DNA from: Balanoglossus misakiensis
Lineage: Eukaryota; Animalia; Hemichordata
Reading direction: 5' to 3'
NCBI GenBank assembly: GCA_040954595.2
Contig: CM082581.2
Location: 5,324,699-5,388,698 of the forward strand
DNA length: 64,000 nt
Numbering within the stretch: the first letter of the stretch is position 1; every line of letters begins with the position of its first letter. The position numbers and the translations under genes are program-made. Under the pieces are notes generated by a model. It was not told where the DNA came from and ran no database searches. It saw nothing but the letters and a program-made list of their open reading frames with translations. Below, one piece after another: positions 38,077 through 52,400 of the stretch.

Positions 38077-41000
38077 CTTGTATTTTCACAACGACGTGTA
38101 TTGACAGTGAAGAGACGCTTTTAGTTCTGTTTACAGATGACAATGCAGTCCTGTCAATTGCGGCTTTGTTCTCGCCGGCGTTTGTGCAGTTGTCACTGTT
38201 ACAATATATATAGCGGTTTGTGGACGCAGACGATTTACGATTACCTTGAGCCCAATATAGGTCATGAATGATGGTGACGCATCTTACAAAGGGACGCACA
38301 TATGCAATATAAACTTGTCATGCATCATTCTATAATACCAAACTTTCAGTGTTGCCCCGACTGATCCATAAAGTGAGAAAAAATGCCATAGTTGACATGT
38401 CCTCTCTGCCACGGTCGGCCTTCGTCGAGACTACAGGGACACGACGATGAAAGATCGTTAACTCACAACCAATGATATATACTGTGCGGTGTAAAGACGT
38501 TGATTTAATGAAGGCTTCAAGTGCGATTGATGGGATTGTACATTGTATACATGTATTTGACTTAGCGTATTTTCATGATTTACCGAGAACAGACGCGGGG
38601 GTGTCACTAACTCTCGTCAGGTTGTAGTGCAGTGATGCTCACATCCAGATGCATCGTCTGTGGACGACTGAAACTAGACATATCCATTTGCTCCAGATGA
38701 TCGAAGCTGAACGTCCAAAGCTATATACCTTTTGTGCTAATGACACATGCGTCCTAACATCACTTGTTGTGTACGAGTCAACTTCATACAAAAAAGGCGC
38801 CACCTGTTGTAGTTCGGGTTATTAAATTTCATGGAAAAGGCCAATATTGATTGACAAATATTACGAGAAGTAAAAGCCACCTGCCGCTGATCTGCGCAGC
38901 GATGGGCAAAAAGGTCACCGTGGTTCAGAGCTGACTTATTATTCATTAGAATTTAAATGTAGCTTCGGCAAATAATCAGATGTGCAGATTCAATCAGTAT
39001 AAATTATCAGGGTGACGATTCGCTGTGCCCTACATGTCATCGTTGTATGGACGACCGGTAACTTAGGGACACCTAGTGAAATCGTCGTAAGTTATGGGGT
39101 GTATTTTTGTTTGCCAGACGAATTGGTTCGGTTTTCTGGTAAGCTACATGCATCGCGTACCTTACGGTAAACGTACTTGTGGCAGTCTTAATACATCGTG
39201 TCTGAATTAAGACGTGAGACCGACTGAAGTTGAACCCTGAGGTAAGTTTTAAATCCGCTGCCACAGGCCTCTTTAGAAGTAGAACATAGGAAACGCAGAT
39301 TTCGTACCTACACACAATCAGACGCCGTGGACAACAATAATTCTAAATTCCACTCTGAAGAGATGAGAAACTTGGGGAAAATTTAATAACAGTCGCTTAA
39401 AGGGGAACCATTCTTTCCCCGGAAGATGAGAAAGAGGGGAGACGAAGATCATAAATGAACTTCTCAATATTAGTACTTATTCCGAAGGAGTTCGTAATAC
39501 TGGGAAACTTCCTGGCATCATATATGTTCGCAAAATTTGATGAAAGTAGTGTCAAGAAGACGGTGCTGTAAATTATTCTCCGCTCGTGGCCCATAACGAC
39601 ACGACACCAGCACTCCCATTATGTTTCCTATTCGCGCCAATTTCCTGACTGCGTTGCGGGCACACAGTAGCATGAATGCCGGCCTCGTAAAACTGTCGAT
39701 AGAAGATTATAGCCCAGTCATTCTGGGACGGAATTCAATTATCTTTAATTGTGTTTAGCCGTGCCCGTTGATGATGCTTGTAAATCTCCCTTATTCACAA
39801 ACCTCGGGGAAAGTACCGTGCGAGACGCAAATTTACCGCGCTCAGAGTGACAGCTTTCTACTGTACAGCGCTGTTCGTTTCTTCTGGTTCTATGTGGTGA
39901 ACACTCACTGGAGGCATATTGGCATATTTAATAATTATCTATCCATTACGGAAGGAAAATTACATGACCTATGTCGGCGCTGATTCACTGTTGACGCCAA
40001 TTTCTGATTACTTCGAGATTAAGACGTTCTAATTCAGACTTGTCGCCGTGGTGTTGCACTTGGGTTTTTTTGGTATGTCTGACCAGAGACGCACGCATAT
40101 CAAAGTAGACAATTATCAGTCACGTTCACCTAACGTTCCATACCCACAGAAAACATTGTGTTACAGCATAGGTATACGTCGGTGTGCTTCTGTGTATATA
40201 AACGTTTCTAAAAATGCGACATGGTTTTTATTAATTAGTGGAGTTAAAAATAAAATATACGGAATTATAAGTGGGACTGTAAAGGGAATACGGGCGCGTA
40301 TAACGAGCGAATAGTACTCGGCTACTATATAGGCAAAGGACTGTTTCCCCTCTCCACTACTGCCATGCTATTGCCCGATAAAGTTAAATATTTGCCGTTT
40401 CCCACAAACGAAGCTGTTGATAAATTTTGTATTCTGTCCACAACATTCAAATTCGCTCCCTGCATGGAGACCCGCAGTCCTTTGGCTTTATTAGATTATA
40501 ACTATGATTGATAAATCATTTGTTTCATATAAACCCAGTTCTGCGTTCCCCATTAAGTTTTTCATTGCTTAAATACTATATACACAATTTCTTTTCATCG
40601 ACGATTAGGGCGTCTGTAACACCCCGGCTGTTACACAAATCCCTTTGAAAAGTCGGTGCTATTTTTGAAAATCATTCTGTCTGTATCGAACCGTTCGATG
40701 GCTATCACAACGGTGAAACACGTATAGAAGCTTCCGCCGCTGTACGCAGGGAACCCGACGCCGGGAGAAAATGCCGTGACCTTTACGCGGTCTTAAGGGG
40801 AGGAATTCCTAGTTTTTAGCTAGTTAATTGACAACCTTGCCACATGGCGCAGTGATAGGACAGTGTCTTCCAGACCGCCGTTGGACGTATTGGATGTATT
40901 TGCCTGTGGGGCGTGCATACTTGTATAAATCCAGACGAGACCACCCTCCAGTCAGTTGACTAAATGACCACAAAGATTGCATGCTTGTTAAGAAGTAATT

Positions 41001-44000
41001 GTTTATTATTCAAACTTAATCTATATTCAACTGCAGCTACATTCTGTATGACATTAAACATAAATGAAAATATTTGAGACACACGATACATGACTGTTAT
41101 TCCCAAACCGGTACTTAAGTTATTAGGCCTAAGTACAATTCAGCGGTCCAAGGTACACTGTAATACAAATTCTAAGACATCTCACTAACTCACATCAATA
41201 CATGCACCAGTTACCTTGTCATGGTATCCCTTATGACAGCAATTTTAAGAAATAACAAATGCATCAAATTAATATAAATAAAATGCGGGCAACTGAAGCC
41301 AAGTGACATTACAGGGCGGTTAATTAGACATATGGCCGTTTCATTACATGTATGTGGTGGTTATATTGATGCAAGTAACGTCATCGACAGAACGGTATGC
41401 TGCGTGGAAATTGCTGGCATAGATTTGCAAGAAGAGAGTGAATACTAGTAAGCCAATAGGCAAATTATGATATTGTAGTATAAACCGAATTATAATTGGA
41501 AACTAAATATACCTCTTGGTAATTACCACAACTAAAGCTGATTTATTGGAAGGGCATTAGTTTTATGAGAATGTATGATTTCAAGGTCCACCTATTTTGA
41601 TGGGCTTTGGTACGCATTGGAGTCACCAAGGACCTTTTCAGGCATTACTGGTAATTTAGCATGCATTATATATACATGTAGTTTATATTCCATGCCCACT
41701 GACGATATGGTCGTAAATCTCGAATGAATGATGACGTGGGTATAAAAAGAACGCTGGACAACGAGATAATGCCTTGTTTTACGTGCTCTGTGCCCGCTTC
41801 TCTTCAAAAAAACCCCCCGGGTTCGAGTTGGAGATGACTCTAAAGACTAGATTTCGCTGCCAGAACCGGTAAATCCACTGCGTTGTTGTGGAAGTTAAGC
41901 GTTAACTACAGCGGGAAAGATACTCTGATTGACAGCTTGTTCGGCCGACCGGTACATGCACCGATTGTGTCGTCTTGGGTACATTTTACTGTTTATCATC
42001 AAAACCGGGTAAAAAATCTCTTGTCAAACGATCTGTTTTTTTCTGACCGGAAATTTAGAGAAGAAAAGCAGATAAACGTTGCTTTGTTCCCGTTTTGATA
42101 TTTCGGTCGACAGCTTGCACGGTTCGTCTATGCAGAACGCCATTTAATTGACATATCAGGTACCAGACACAATTTCGTTATTGTGAAAATTTCGCCTACA
42201 ATGTCGTGCTTTTCATCAGTGACGCGTTGAAATAAAGATCTGGACTAATCATTATAACAGTGTAGATTTTCTTTACAAATTTCGAAAATAGTCCGTGAAA
42301 TCTGGACGGCGTACCTACATGTAGTTAGATGACCGGGTGATATTCGGAGTCTGGTATCTGTTATTACTATAAGGGACAGCCTTGTTTAAGTAATGTATAA
42401 TGCGTCCACTGTCCATCTGCATATGTACTAGTAACTTTAAAAAAATTATAAAGAAATACCGAAACTTACAGATATTTTAGTTAAATTTGCAAAATTACGA
42501 AACCATGCTTCGTCATTGGTAAGGCAAAGTGGTACCCATAGCAACCGAACTTTGATATCCAGTTAGTCAAATCAATGGAACATGTGAATCAGGAACGCTT
42601 GCGGGCTTACTTCATGTACTAGACGTCAGAAATCTTTTTCTACTTTAATATTCATGACACCAAATTTACAGTCATGAGCGCTTTTGCCAATTATTCGAAA
42701 GGTAATTGGCGTTGTTAACATCCCACTATGAAGCCACTACTGTAGAGGTATTAGTGAAGTTTGCGCTACTCGTATATGTGGAATGTTGGCGAGTTATTCT
42801 GTGTTTTATATTGTAAATGTGGAAATCACTGGAGATTATTACCTGACCAATCTGAGCTTGATTTCTTTTCATTCCAATGATTGGCGTTCAGTAAGGGAAA
42901 ACTCCCGTGTGTAATAAAGAATAAGAAAAATGAAAACGTGAGCTTGCCATGCGCCAATGCCACAATCATTTTCAGCTTATATTAGCAGCTTACAATGTAG
43001 GTATTGTCAGATCTCAGAATAACTGTTTGAGATCTTCCTATGAGATGATGGTGCGTGTGCCTGTTGATCATCGATTGTCCCGTTCTAATCGATATGGTAT
43101 TATTCAAACGTCACGATGTACGTACAATGCACACTGTATTTTCTTACATTCAGGTACAGTGTTGTGTTCGATGATGAATCGAATGATTAAAGTCAAGAAC
43201 GACAGATATATATTCTGCTGTAGGGATCCGATGACCGCATTGCTCGAACTGAACTTCTAAAAATAGAGGAGGTCGCACGATACGTCAAGTGTGGCGGGTA
43301 TGTGAATATTTCTCGCGCACATGACAGCAGATTACGTGGTAATCGAGTCGAAGGCAACTATCCCTGGAGCGGCGAAGGTCAATTTGACTTTCAGGGGATT
43401 TCAAAACGCGGGTGGGGTCGGCGTGGAAAAACAGAATGAAAACCAATACGTTGTATACTAGATAGGCGGTTATTTAGGATTCCGCAAAATTGTATGCTTA
43501 CATGTACATGTACTGTGCGGTCCATATACTTCCCATTCGTCTGTTATGTATAGTTTTTCAGTTTACGTTTGTACTGTGTTCAGTTTCAGTATTACCGTAC
43601 CTGCAAAAAGTGTTACACTCGATGACGTACGTACTGAGAAATTCGGTTGACAGGTGATCACTCAAATAGTCGCCACGCATTCTAGCAAAATCTCCATACC
43701 GGTAGCTTCACAATGTTTCTGATTGATTCAACCATTCATTTCATTCCTTGCCTGACCAAAAACGGATGTTTTTTCTGCATTTGGCGAGCGATAGAATAAC
43801 ATGGAGATTATGTTAATATTGCATGCGGTTGGGAGATCTATCATCCACAGACAGGGGTCGCGACCTAACTTTGGTCATATTCTCATCACGGTCATGCGAT
43901 ATCGCAATGCTGACTGCTATTTGAGTACCTGTGTAATCAATCATGCTCCCATCCCCGTTTCCATCGCCAAATCATATAATTAAACCGGAGACTGCATAGC

Positions 44001-47000
44001 TCAATATCTCAACACATTATGTGGTCACCATGGCGGTGGCGAGATTGAATCTGTGTATGTTCTTAAGAACCCCAACTTGAAGGATTGGTATTTTTCCTGT
44101 TACTGCCCATAATGTACTGGGATTATTCATCTGCTATGTAGCAACTTACAAGTGGGTTTAGTGTACTTCCGCCTACATGTATATGCAAAATTTAAAGTTA
44201 AATAATTGCGTGAACATTCAATACTAGTTGAAGCGCTTGACCTCTAAGACTTTTTCTTCTACGATCATATATTTACATTGCTAATGTCGTCATCATTTTC
44301 TGAGTACAAGTAAGATGACATATTTACATGTATTGTCGTGCCGAAACAGGGTGTCCATTTTGATTTTAACAATAGTATCGAAGTTTTACACACTCCATAA
44401 AAGCTTGCCATTTATCAGCTATAAAGTCCGCCTCCGCCAAAGTTCAAAAGTATAGAATATCATAGATGCATCGTGCCCAGAAATCTCCAGAATGTCCCGT
44501 TTTCTGATCACGTTGTCGTGGCAACAAAATACGCAATGAGAAATGATAGTTTCGAAGTGACGTCCGTGAAAATGACAATCAATTAGGAACATAAAGTACC
44601 CTTCACTTCTGATAGAATAGAAACTTCATAAAATGCCACGGATCATCTCCGTCATGCATGAAGTGGAAATCGATATCGCTATACATGTACGTAGGTTTTA
44701 GTACTATCGTGATGGTCACTACACTCTGACATTTTTATGATAAATCCAGTTAAATGTCACTGAGTGGGCAACTTGCTTGATCCTTTGAGTAAGCCCGGAA
44801 AAATTATCTGACAACAGCCGAGAATTCTCCCTACCTTAAATAGATTTTTGCTACCTAAGTGAGTGATAAAATCTCGTATATGGTCGACACAATTTCAAGA
44901 TGGCCGATTCTGTCATGTTTAAGAAATTGAAGTTCATAAGCTCACGTGATACTGGGTCATTATGAAACTTTGTAACAAAAAATAACAAAATGTGAAAAAG
45001 TTTAATGAGTTTACTGGTAATATGATGACTACAAAGACAGAAATATATATGACCAAAGGAAATCATAAAATACAGTTAACATATAATTTCTTCTATCTCT
45101 TATTTACTATATACAGCATTACGCAGAATGCAATTATTATAATGTGATTTGACTCCCTAGCATAAATTAAAAACCTATTTAAGGCAGCCAGAATTCCCAT
45201 TTATGAACTCAATTTTCGGTCGACGCTGTTGACCGATGTTTAACGCCAGCATTATCCCAAGGCAGCTTGATAACTCCCAAGTATTGATGCGTCAGCCATT
45301 ATCATGTCGGCATCATTGATCACCAGCTGTCAGAGCGCATCCAACCTTTTATTATCAACTAATTGCCTTGACATTCAATGTATCGCTTGAAATCAGGAAA
45401 GATAAGGTAATAAATGAAGCGATGGCAATACTACACTTTTTGTCCCGATTACTCACCGGAGAAGCTGATGAAGCCTGATGTCCCTACCGGGCTCTTTTCA
45501 AGTGCAGTGAGATACAAGGAGATTAGTGGCTTTTAAACGTCATTTCTTTTATCTCAGTCACCATGCTCTATTCAATCATTATGATGCCGTGGTCTCAGAA
45601 AATTAAATATAAATATTTTGATCATCGTCCATGATAAACCAGGCAGCCCATTATTTTTCGCACAAAGAAAACTGCAGCCTAATGTTTTATTCATTATTAA
45701 TTGATAGTGGTTTTGTATGAGGATGACAATTGCCGTAGGATTCTGACATCGAGGAGAAAAATGCAAAAACAATAATTCCAAGGTTCAATCGTGAATTGCG
45801 CTGGTAATCTTCTCGATCATTTACCTGATTTATGGCGAACGAAATTAACCAGGTTATAGTTCGCCTGTCTGTTTTATCCAAAAATAATTGATGTAAATAT
45901 CTCTCATTGCTTTTTACTGAGTTTAAAAATCTATCAAGGGTAAGCATGTTGCCTTCTTTGTCTTCAATCAAAGTACTCAGCATTATCAATTTTTTCATTT
46001 CGTTCGCGGTGTCCCTCATATTTGCACAAATGTCAGAACTGATAAAGGATAATCTCGGGGGATTACATGTACATTGCGGTTATCGAGCGGAAGAAATACA
46101 CGCATTTAATTTACTACGCGAGACGAACCTTCTTCGGTTTATTTCATTAAAAACAATCTCGCCCCTTACAACAACATGGCCTATTTTCGGTAGACGGAAG
46201 ATATAATCTCCCCAACAAGAATGATTAACACAAGTGTGGTTTGCACAGCGCAGAATCGGAACAATCAAATAATATTTGCGGGAAAAAAACCCACATCTGA
46301 CGTGGACCGGAAGCAATCTTTTAACATTGACCAAGGGTTGTAAAACTCATGATTTTACTCGGCGATTTATTGGCGCTGGTGTAATTAAAAATCATCCGAG
46401 ATTAATGAGATGAAATAACTCGATAATCTGTTGCCGACAGCGTTCACGAGTTGAATAATGATGGCAGCGGGCATACATGTACATTCCTGTTGGGTAATTG
46501 CTCGGAGCTAAATTCTGGTCCGCGTGGTAGGTTTAATTGCAATGAATATCGCACTCGTTTAGACGTACTTCATTTTGAAATAACCTTTAAAAGCAATTAT
46601 CCTCGGATGCGATGTGGGTGTCTGAGCGAAGTCTAATTTACCCAACGTTCAAAGCTCTCGGAATTTGCTTAGGACCCTGTCGCCCGCCGATGAAACGCAG
46701 TTATTAGTAACGATGACTAGCCATATTCCGTACCAGACCACTTTTGACTATAGACACTTTTCAGAAATTGAAACAGACGAAACAAGCACACGAAAATCCA
46801 AAATGTCACAGAACATTATGTGTAATGATTGATGTATTCAAATTTCAGCGATGTAAATGACTTCACACCTCTTCCCGAATTAACTGTTTATTTCCCCGAC
46901 ATTTATCATCGTTATCATTTTGTATTGAATTCGATCTCATGCCACCTCGGGTTTTGCAAATATAACGAATCTCAATTCAGAGATATCCAAGTTGAGTGAT

Positions 47001-47400
47001 TTTTTCTCACAAACAAAGCTATGTCAATTTTCAATCAATTTCCGATCACAATTCTATTCCTTTTGAGCACTGATACGTCGAATTCTCGTTTTTTAATCCG
47101 CTGTTCTGGTTTCATGACTGTTGCAAAAAAACCTCTGTAGACAGTCGTTTCTCATTTTACAATGTATTGTTTCCAAGGATGTAGTTACTGCAGCTGCGAA
47201 ACATGTAGCCATGCCTACAGTTGTACGGCGCAGTCGCAGAAGATCCGCGGAAACGGTCAAATATATCTAACCCGCAACTGTATCTGTTTTCGCAGAGCTC
47301 GCTGGTGTCCATCTGAAGATAGACGGGGGAAGTGAGCTGCGCACGCAACCATTACCACTCCAGTGACACTCCACGCAGAACGCGCGTCGATATCTCAGCG

Positions 47401-47482
47401 ATGTCTGCATCGACGCTTCCCAACATCTGTCTCCTCCGGATACCACTTGTGGTCGTCTTGGCGACGTGCTACTTGCTTTCAG
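47401..47482 (+). CDS. Likely first coding exon (signal peptide) of a secreted/membrane host protein; exon 47296-47482
   Basis: Branch point CTAAC 47267-47271 and acceptor TGTTTTCGCAG|47296. No upstream ATG in the exon. ATG has a -3 purine. Peptide MSASTLPNICLLRIPLVVVLATCYLLS-G ends at the phase-1 donor CAG|GTAAGA. Confidence 0.55.
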
Positions 47483-48534
47483 GTAAGACGGCCTCGGTTG
47501 TTTATAACCTCTTGTGTGATAATCGACAAGCAACCACGTAACTTGCAAACTTATAAGGTTTCTGTAGAAGAAGTTTTTTCTACACCCAAATGCTTTGTCG
47601 ACAGTTAACGTGAACTGGTTGAGCATGTATACAGGTCACTGATGGCATTGTATGGTCATATTTGCCTTAACAAATTTTGTAGATATTTGAAACTGTGGCA
47701 TCTCCGCAAGTCAAACTGTGTTTATTTCTTGCTGACGTAGCCAAGCCGTTCTGATCTTGGGGCAGTGTACGGTAACTCTGGCTAGATCTCTCTCTGCATT
47801 CCCCTTGTTATGCTAGACGAAACAAAAGGCAAATGTGATGAAAATAAATCTTCTGTTGATAGCACAGGGACATCTAATTATATGTTTGGAGAGTTTCTAA
47901 TATGAGCGCCAATAGGGTTCATACCCATAGACTAACATGTGGATGTAGGTGTGTATGCATGCATGTAGATTTATTCAGTACTATTGGCCAGTGTACCCCT
48001 GGCCACTCAGAAATGAAGACGTAATTCTTGGCTCATTTGCTGCGCAACATACACTCAGTCTGTATATCGAACGGCATATCAACTGAAGAACATGGCTACT
48101 TCCACGAGATATTTATTCTTAAAAAACGTCTATTTTAAAGTAATCCTGAAAGCTTCTTGTTTAGTGAGTGTGTGTACACTGAGATACTTAAAATCCTACT
48201 AAGTAATCTTGTGGTTTCACAAACTGCCCCAACCTTAGAGATTTTAAATTGCGTTAAAAGCTATTTTCGTAAGATCCAATTATTAAACTAAGAGTTTGTT
48301 TGCGTAATTCTGTCAGTTGATTGACGCAGCTCTGAATGCATAGATTTATGGAGGTTTAGAATCGCCGACACACTTACAGAGGTCGCATTTGTCAAGCTTG
48401 TATCATAGGTACGGTAAATGACGCTGACAAGACAGAGTTCTGGTGATTGAACGTTATATGCTTGGTTCCACGCGAAGCAGAAACGCTCACCCGATCTCGG
48501 AATGTCTCCAGTTGATTTTTCCACGCACTTGCTT

Positions 48535-48835
48535 TTTTGGGGTCCCATTGGTATGTACCATGGGACCTTATGGAATCGGTTGCGCCTGTATGTATGGATG
48601 GATGGATGTATGTCTGTATGTCCGTCCACATCAAAAACTTGAAAACCGCTGCGTGTATCACCTTGATATTTGGTGTGCTGATGCAGGCTGGGCTGTAGAT
48701 GGGAGTTTGTTCAAATGAAGTTGTCATTGCCAAAAATATGCAAATTAGCTGGAAAAATGAGAATTTGATCAAAACTCAGTAACTCAAGAACTACTGGTCA
48801 GATTGCTTTGCAAAGTGGTGTGTATTTACTTTATT
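48535..48835 (+). mobile_element. Helentron-associated/DINE-like non-autonomous element fragment
   Basis: 5' palindrome GGTCCCATTGGTATGTACCATGGGACC, then a (TGTA/TGGA) microsatellite seed and core-repeat-like sequence. Confidence 0.5.
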
Positions 48836-49369
48836 GAGTTGTTTTAATTAGGCAGGAACTCCCCTCTGTGATTCATATAAACACAGCAAATTTCTGAATA
48901 ATTACATAACTGGCTAAGTTTTAAAGAGGCCAGCTGTTCTATTTAGTGTATATACAGTACATATGCCATTGGCAGCTTATGGGTCAGTCAGTGTTTGCCC
49001 ATTGAGCAAAGTTGAACTTCATTGGAGAAAAGAAGAACCACTCCCGTCGGTCTTAATTTGCATTTTAACACTTTATTTTGCATTTCAATACTTGATTTAA
49101 ATATGAGAAAAGCCTAACAGTTTTGTCTCACTGTAGTAAAAGTTTTGGACCTAGAAATATAAATAGTTTGTGTCCATGAGTTTGTATTGGGGATGTGTTA
49201 GCACTCTGGGCACCGTACTCCTCACGGGATCTGTTAACGCAGGTCAGTGCAACACACCCCAAGCTTTTGTATTGCCTTCTTTTGCTGTGATTTGAGAGCT
49301 ACTGGTACTCAGTGTTCATTTTGGCATTCGTCGTCCGATCAGATCTCTGTGGCGACAGTCCGATATTAG

Positions 49370-49475
49370 ATTGTTGTTGGGTCCTATTTTACATACCAAT
49401 GGGACCCAACAACAATGGGATCGGTTGCGTCTGTATGTATGTATGGATGGATGTTGGCGTGGACAATCTTGTTTT
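49370..49475 (+). mobile_element. Second copy of the head of the same element
   Basis: 15-bp perfect inverted arms (49370-49384 / 49402-49416), then ATGGGATCGGTTGCGTCTGTATGTATG, closely matching ~48570-48600. Confidence 0.5.
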
Positions 49476-52400
49476 CCGACTGCACTATGGCAGTATCTCT
49501 ATCCGTGGTTTGCGGTCTGAATGTGGACGTGACGTCACTCGCGAACGGAAGTTAAGCTGGAAGTTAAGCTCTCCATATATGGCACAGCAGAAAGTGACGT
49601 AATGAACACAGTGTAGTTTGGGTGAGTGGGTATAGGGGATGGTGCGAAAGTCTGAGTAGATTTAAATAAAGCATTTTAACCACTGCTGTTAACATTGACG
49701 ATATATTGAGTATTGGTGTGACGTCAGCGATACTAAAAAAAACTGGCATATCATAGAAACTACGTTTGACAATTGAGACACTTCAACCAATCGCACTTCA
49801 ATGAGATATTATCGACTGTCGCAAGCTCGCACGCACATATTGATAGCGTTTGTAAAAACGTAAGTAAGGAGATATGTACATCTCTTTTCGAGCACAATCG
49901 ACCAATTGAAAAGTATAGCATCTCCAAAACCATAAAAATACAGTTACGCGTACGCAGGCTTTTCGTTTGATAAAGATGGTGAAACGTATTCCTACTCACG
50001 TCTTGCATTTAAATCAAGTATATCTAACAAAGAAGGACAATATAGTGACGATATTAAAATCCTTTTCCAACCTGCTTTTCTGAAAGTCTCCCTTTTCGCC
50101 GAATACAGCTCAGGCAGCCTTGTGTTCTGTTACTTCAAGAAGCTGTCTTCAAGATTTGTCAATTGATATGATTTTCTGGTGAGCCACAGCTTATCAGTTA
50201 TAAAGCTAGTGACGCATGGCATCTACTAGAAGTTGCAACCAACTACACATGCCCCAAAGCGGCAATTCGGTGGCCTAGCTAAATTACAATAAATATTTCA
50301 CTTTGAGTCAAGTTCTTACGCGGGTGTTGGTTATACAAGTATAAGACTTGCATATTCCATACACGTGGTACCAGCACCGTTAGCAATGGTTCAAGGTAGC
50401 CAGATTGCAATAAACATTTTTCAGGGCCGGGTGTCTACCTTCAATGATAAATGTATATCGCTGGTATAATTCAGAAAGTCAGTCAGTAGAGTCCGTCTAC
50501 GAATAACGTGAACATCTGGAGAAATATTTATTTGTTTAGTCAACGATACAAGTGGGCAAAGATCAAAACCAGAGCTCATTCGACATTCGTCAGCGCTGAC
50601 TTAGGGGATATTAGTCAGAAGGAGTAAAGCCCCGTGGTACGTTTAACCTTTATCAATTTTGGAGATTTCCATTCGAGCGAAAAGTATCCAGAATGAATGC
50701 GGCTTAGAGGAGCGAGTATCAGCTTGACGCGAAGATGCAAGTAAATTATTGAACAAATTACTGTTTGCAACCAGAATATGGTCTCCCAGCCAAACTACAC
50801 AACCGAGGCGTAATTGCTTCAATTGTGCCCACTCCGTCGCTAATGAAGTCATGCTGTGCCCCAAAATGGGTTGAGTGAACTCAAGAAACACGGAAGACAA
50901 TTGGAAGACATTTTGAGGAAAACAAAATGCGTATCTTTTATAACTACTCCATCGTTTACGTCTGGATCTTACAATTTGACATTATAGATTTGTCGAAATA
51001 TTTTTACATGAATTGTTATACTCCAGTGGAGGTTCATGCGACCCGCCTCATGTAGAACTCCCATGCAGGCTATTTTACTTGGACTATTTGAATGCGTCGA
51101 ACGCAAAATTTGCAGAATATTTGGACATGACGTAATGTTTGTACACACGAAATTATGCACATGCGCATAAGACTATCGTCGCCTTTAAGCAGGCCCTGGT
51201 TTTATTCAACTTTTGTCACCATGATTTCTGATTTCACCCGACCAAGTATTCTTTCGGTTCTTTTGATGTTTCCAATCGCTGGTAAATGGGAAGCTAATGC
51301 ATGACACACATGGACAAACATGTCAACACTGAAAATTCTTGTTTGATAACGAGCAAATAGGGTCCCCCTTTCTCCCTTAACACGTCCGCAAGCTGTAATT
51401 TCTACCCGGCTGGGCTGACGTCATCAAACTGAATCTCAGCGCAGTGCAAACGGTACGATTGAAGTTCGAATCATCTCAATTTGCTATTCAGATTCAAAAA
51501 TGATTATGTCTTTTCGAAAATGGATTTTTCTGATCAGCTGGACTGCTGAATTGAATTGCAAACAGAAATGTGAGAATTTATAGGGCTTGCGGGGTTATCG
51601 GAAGAAGGGCAAATAGAATTGTCTCGCCTTTGTGGACGATATATATTAATTTATGATCGGCTTAATGGCTGTCACTTATATTTCACCTGGTTTCCTGTAA
51701 TCAAATAAAATAGAAAAGAACGGTTATTATTATATACACAGAGCTATGTGTTTCATTCAACTAATAAAATGTAAAGTATAAACCGTGGCGATCGGTATTT
51801 CTTGAACACTTCACATCAATAATTCAATCTTACTTTTGAGAAATGTGAAATCATTTTATTCAAGTTGCGCCATTTTAAGGCTGGTTGACTTCTGTATTTT
51901 ATAATTCAACACAACTAAATGGGGTTGACACGATCAGCTTGAAAATCATATTAAAGTTCCATATAACGACTCTCTGATCAAAACTGCATATAGTATATGT
52001 TACTTGCGAACACAAAACACAAGAATAATTTGTTCGTCGCCTATGAGGTATATTCAAATAGACCCAATAATTCTTGATTGTAAAGAAGAATATCATCAAA
52101 ATAGCCCATTTCAAGAGTGATGTGAATTATTATCACGTGCATTTAAAACATATCAAAAAGGCAGTGAAAACTGGCGGCACGGATTTTGTACTACGTGTTC
52201 CAAGTTGATGTAATTGAAAAAAAAAAAAGAATTCGTCTCACTCGACAGAGATTACTTCTTTGGAACAAGCCATTTTCCAATTACAACCTCCATATTGAAT
52301 TGAGGTCAAAGGTCGTAAAGGTAAAAAACCGACATAAAGAAAATTGGTATTGAACACCTTCTGGCGTTATGCCGTAGTAGAGCTCTTGATTTGGCATGAC

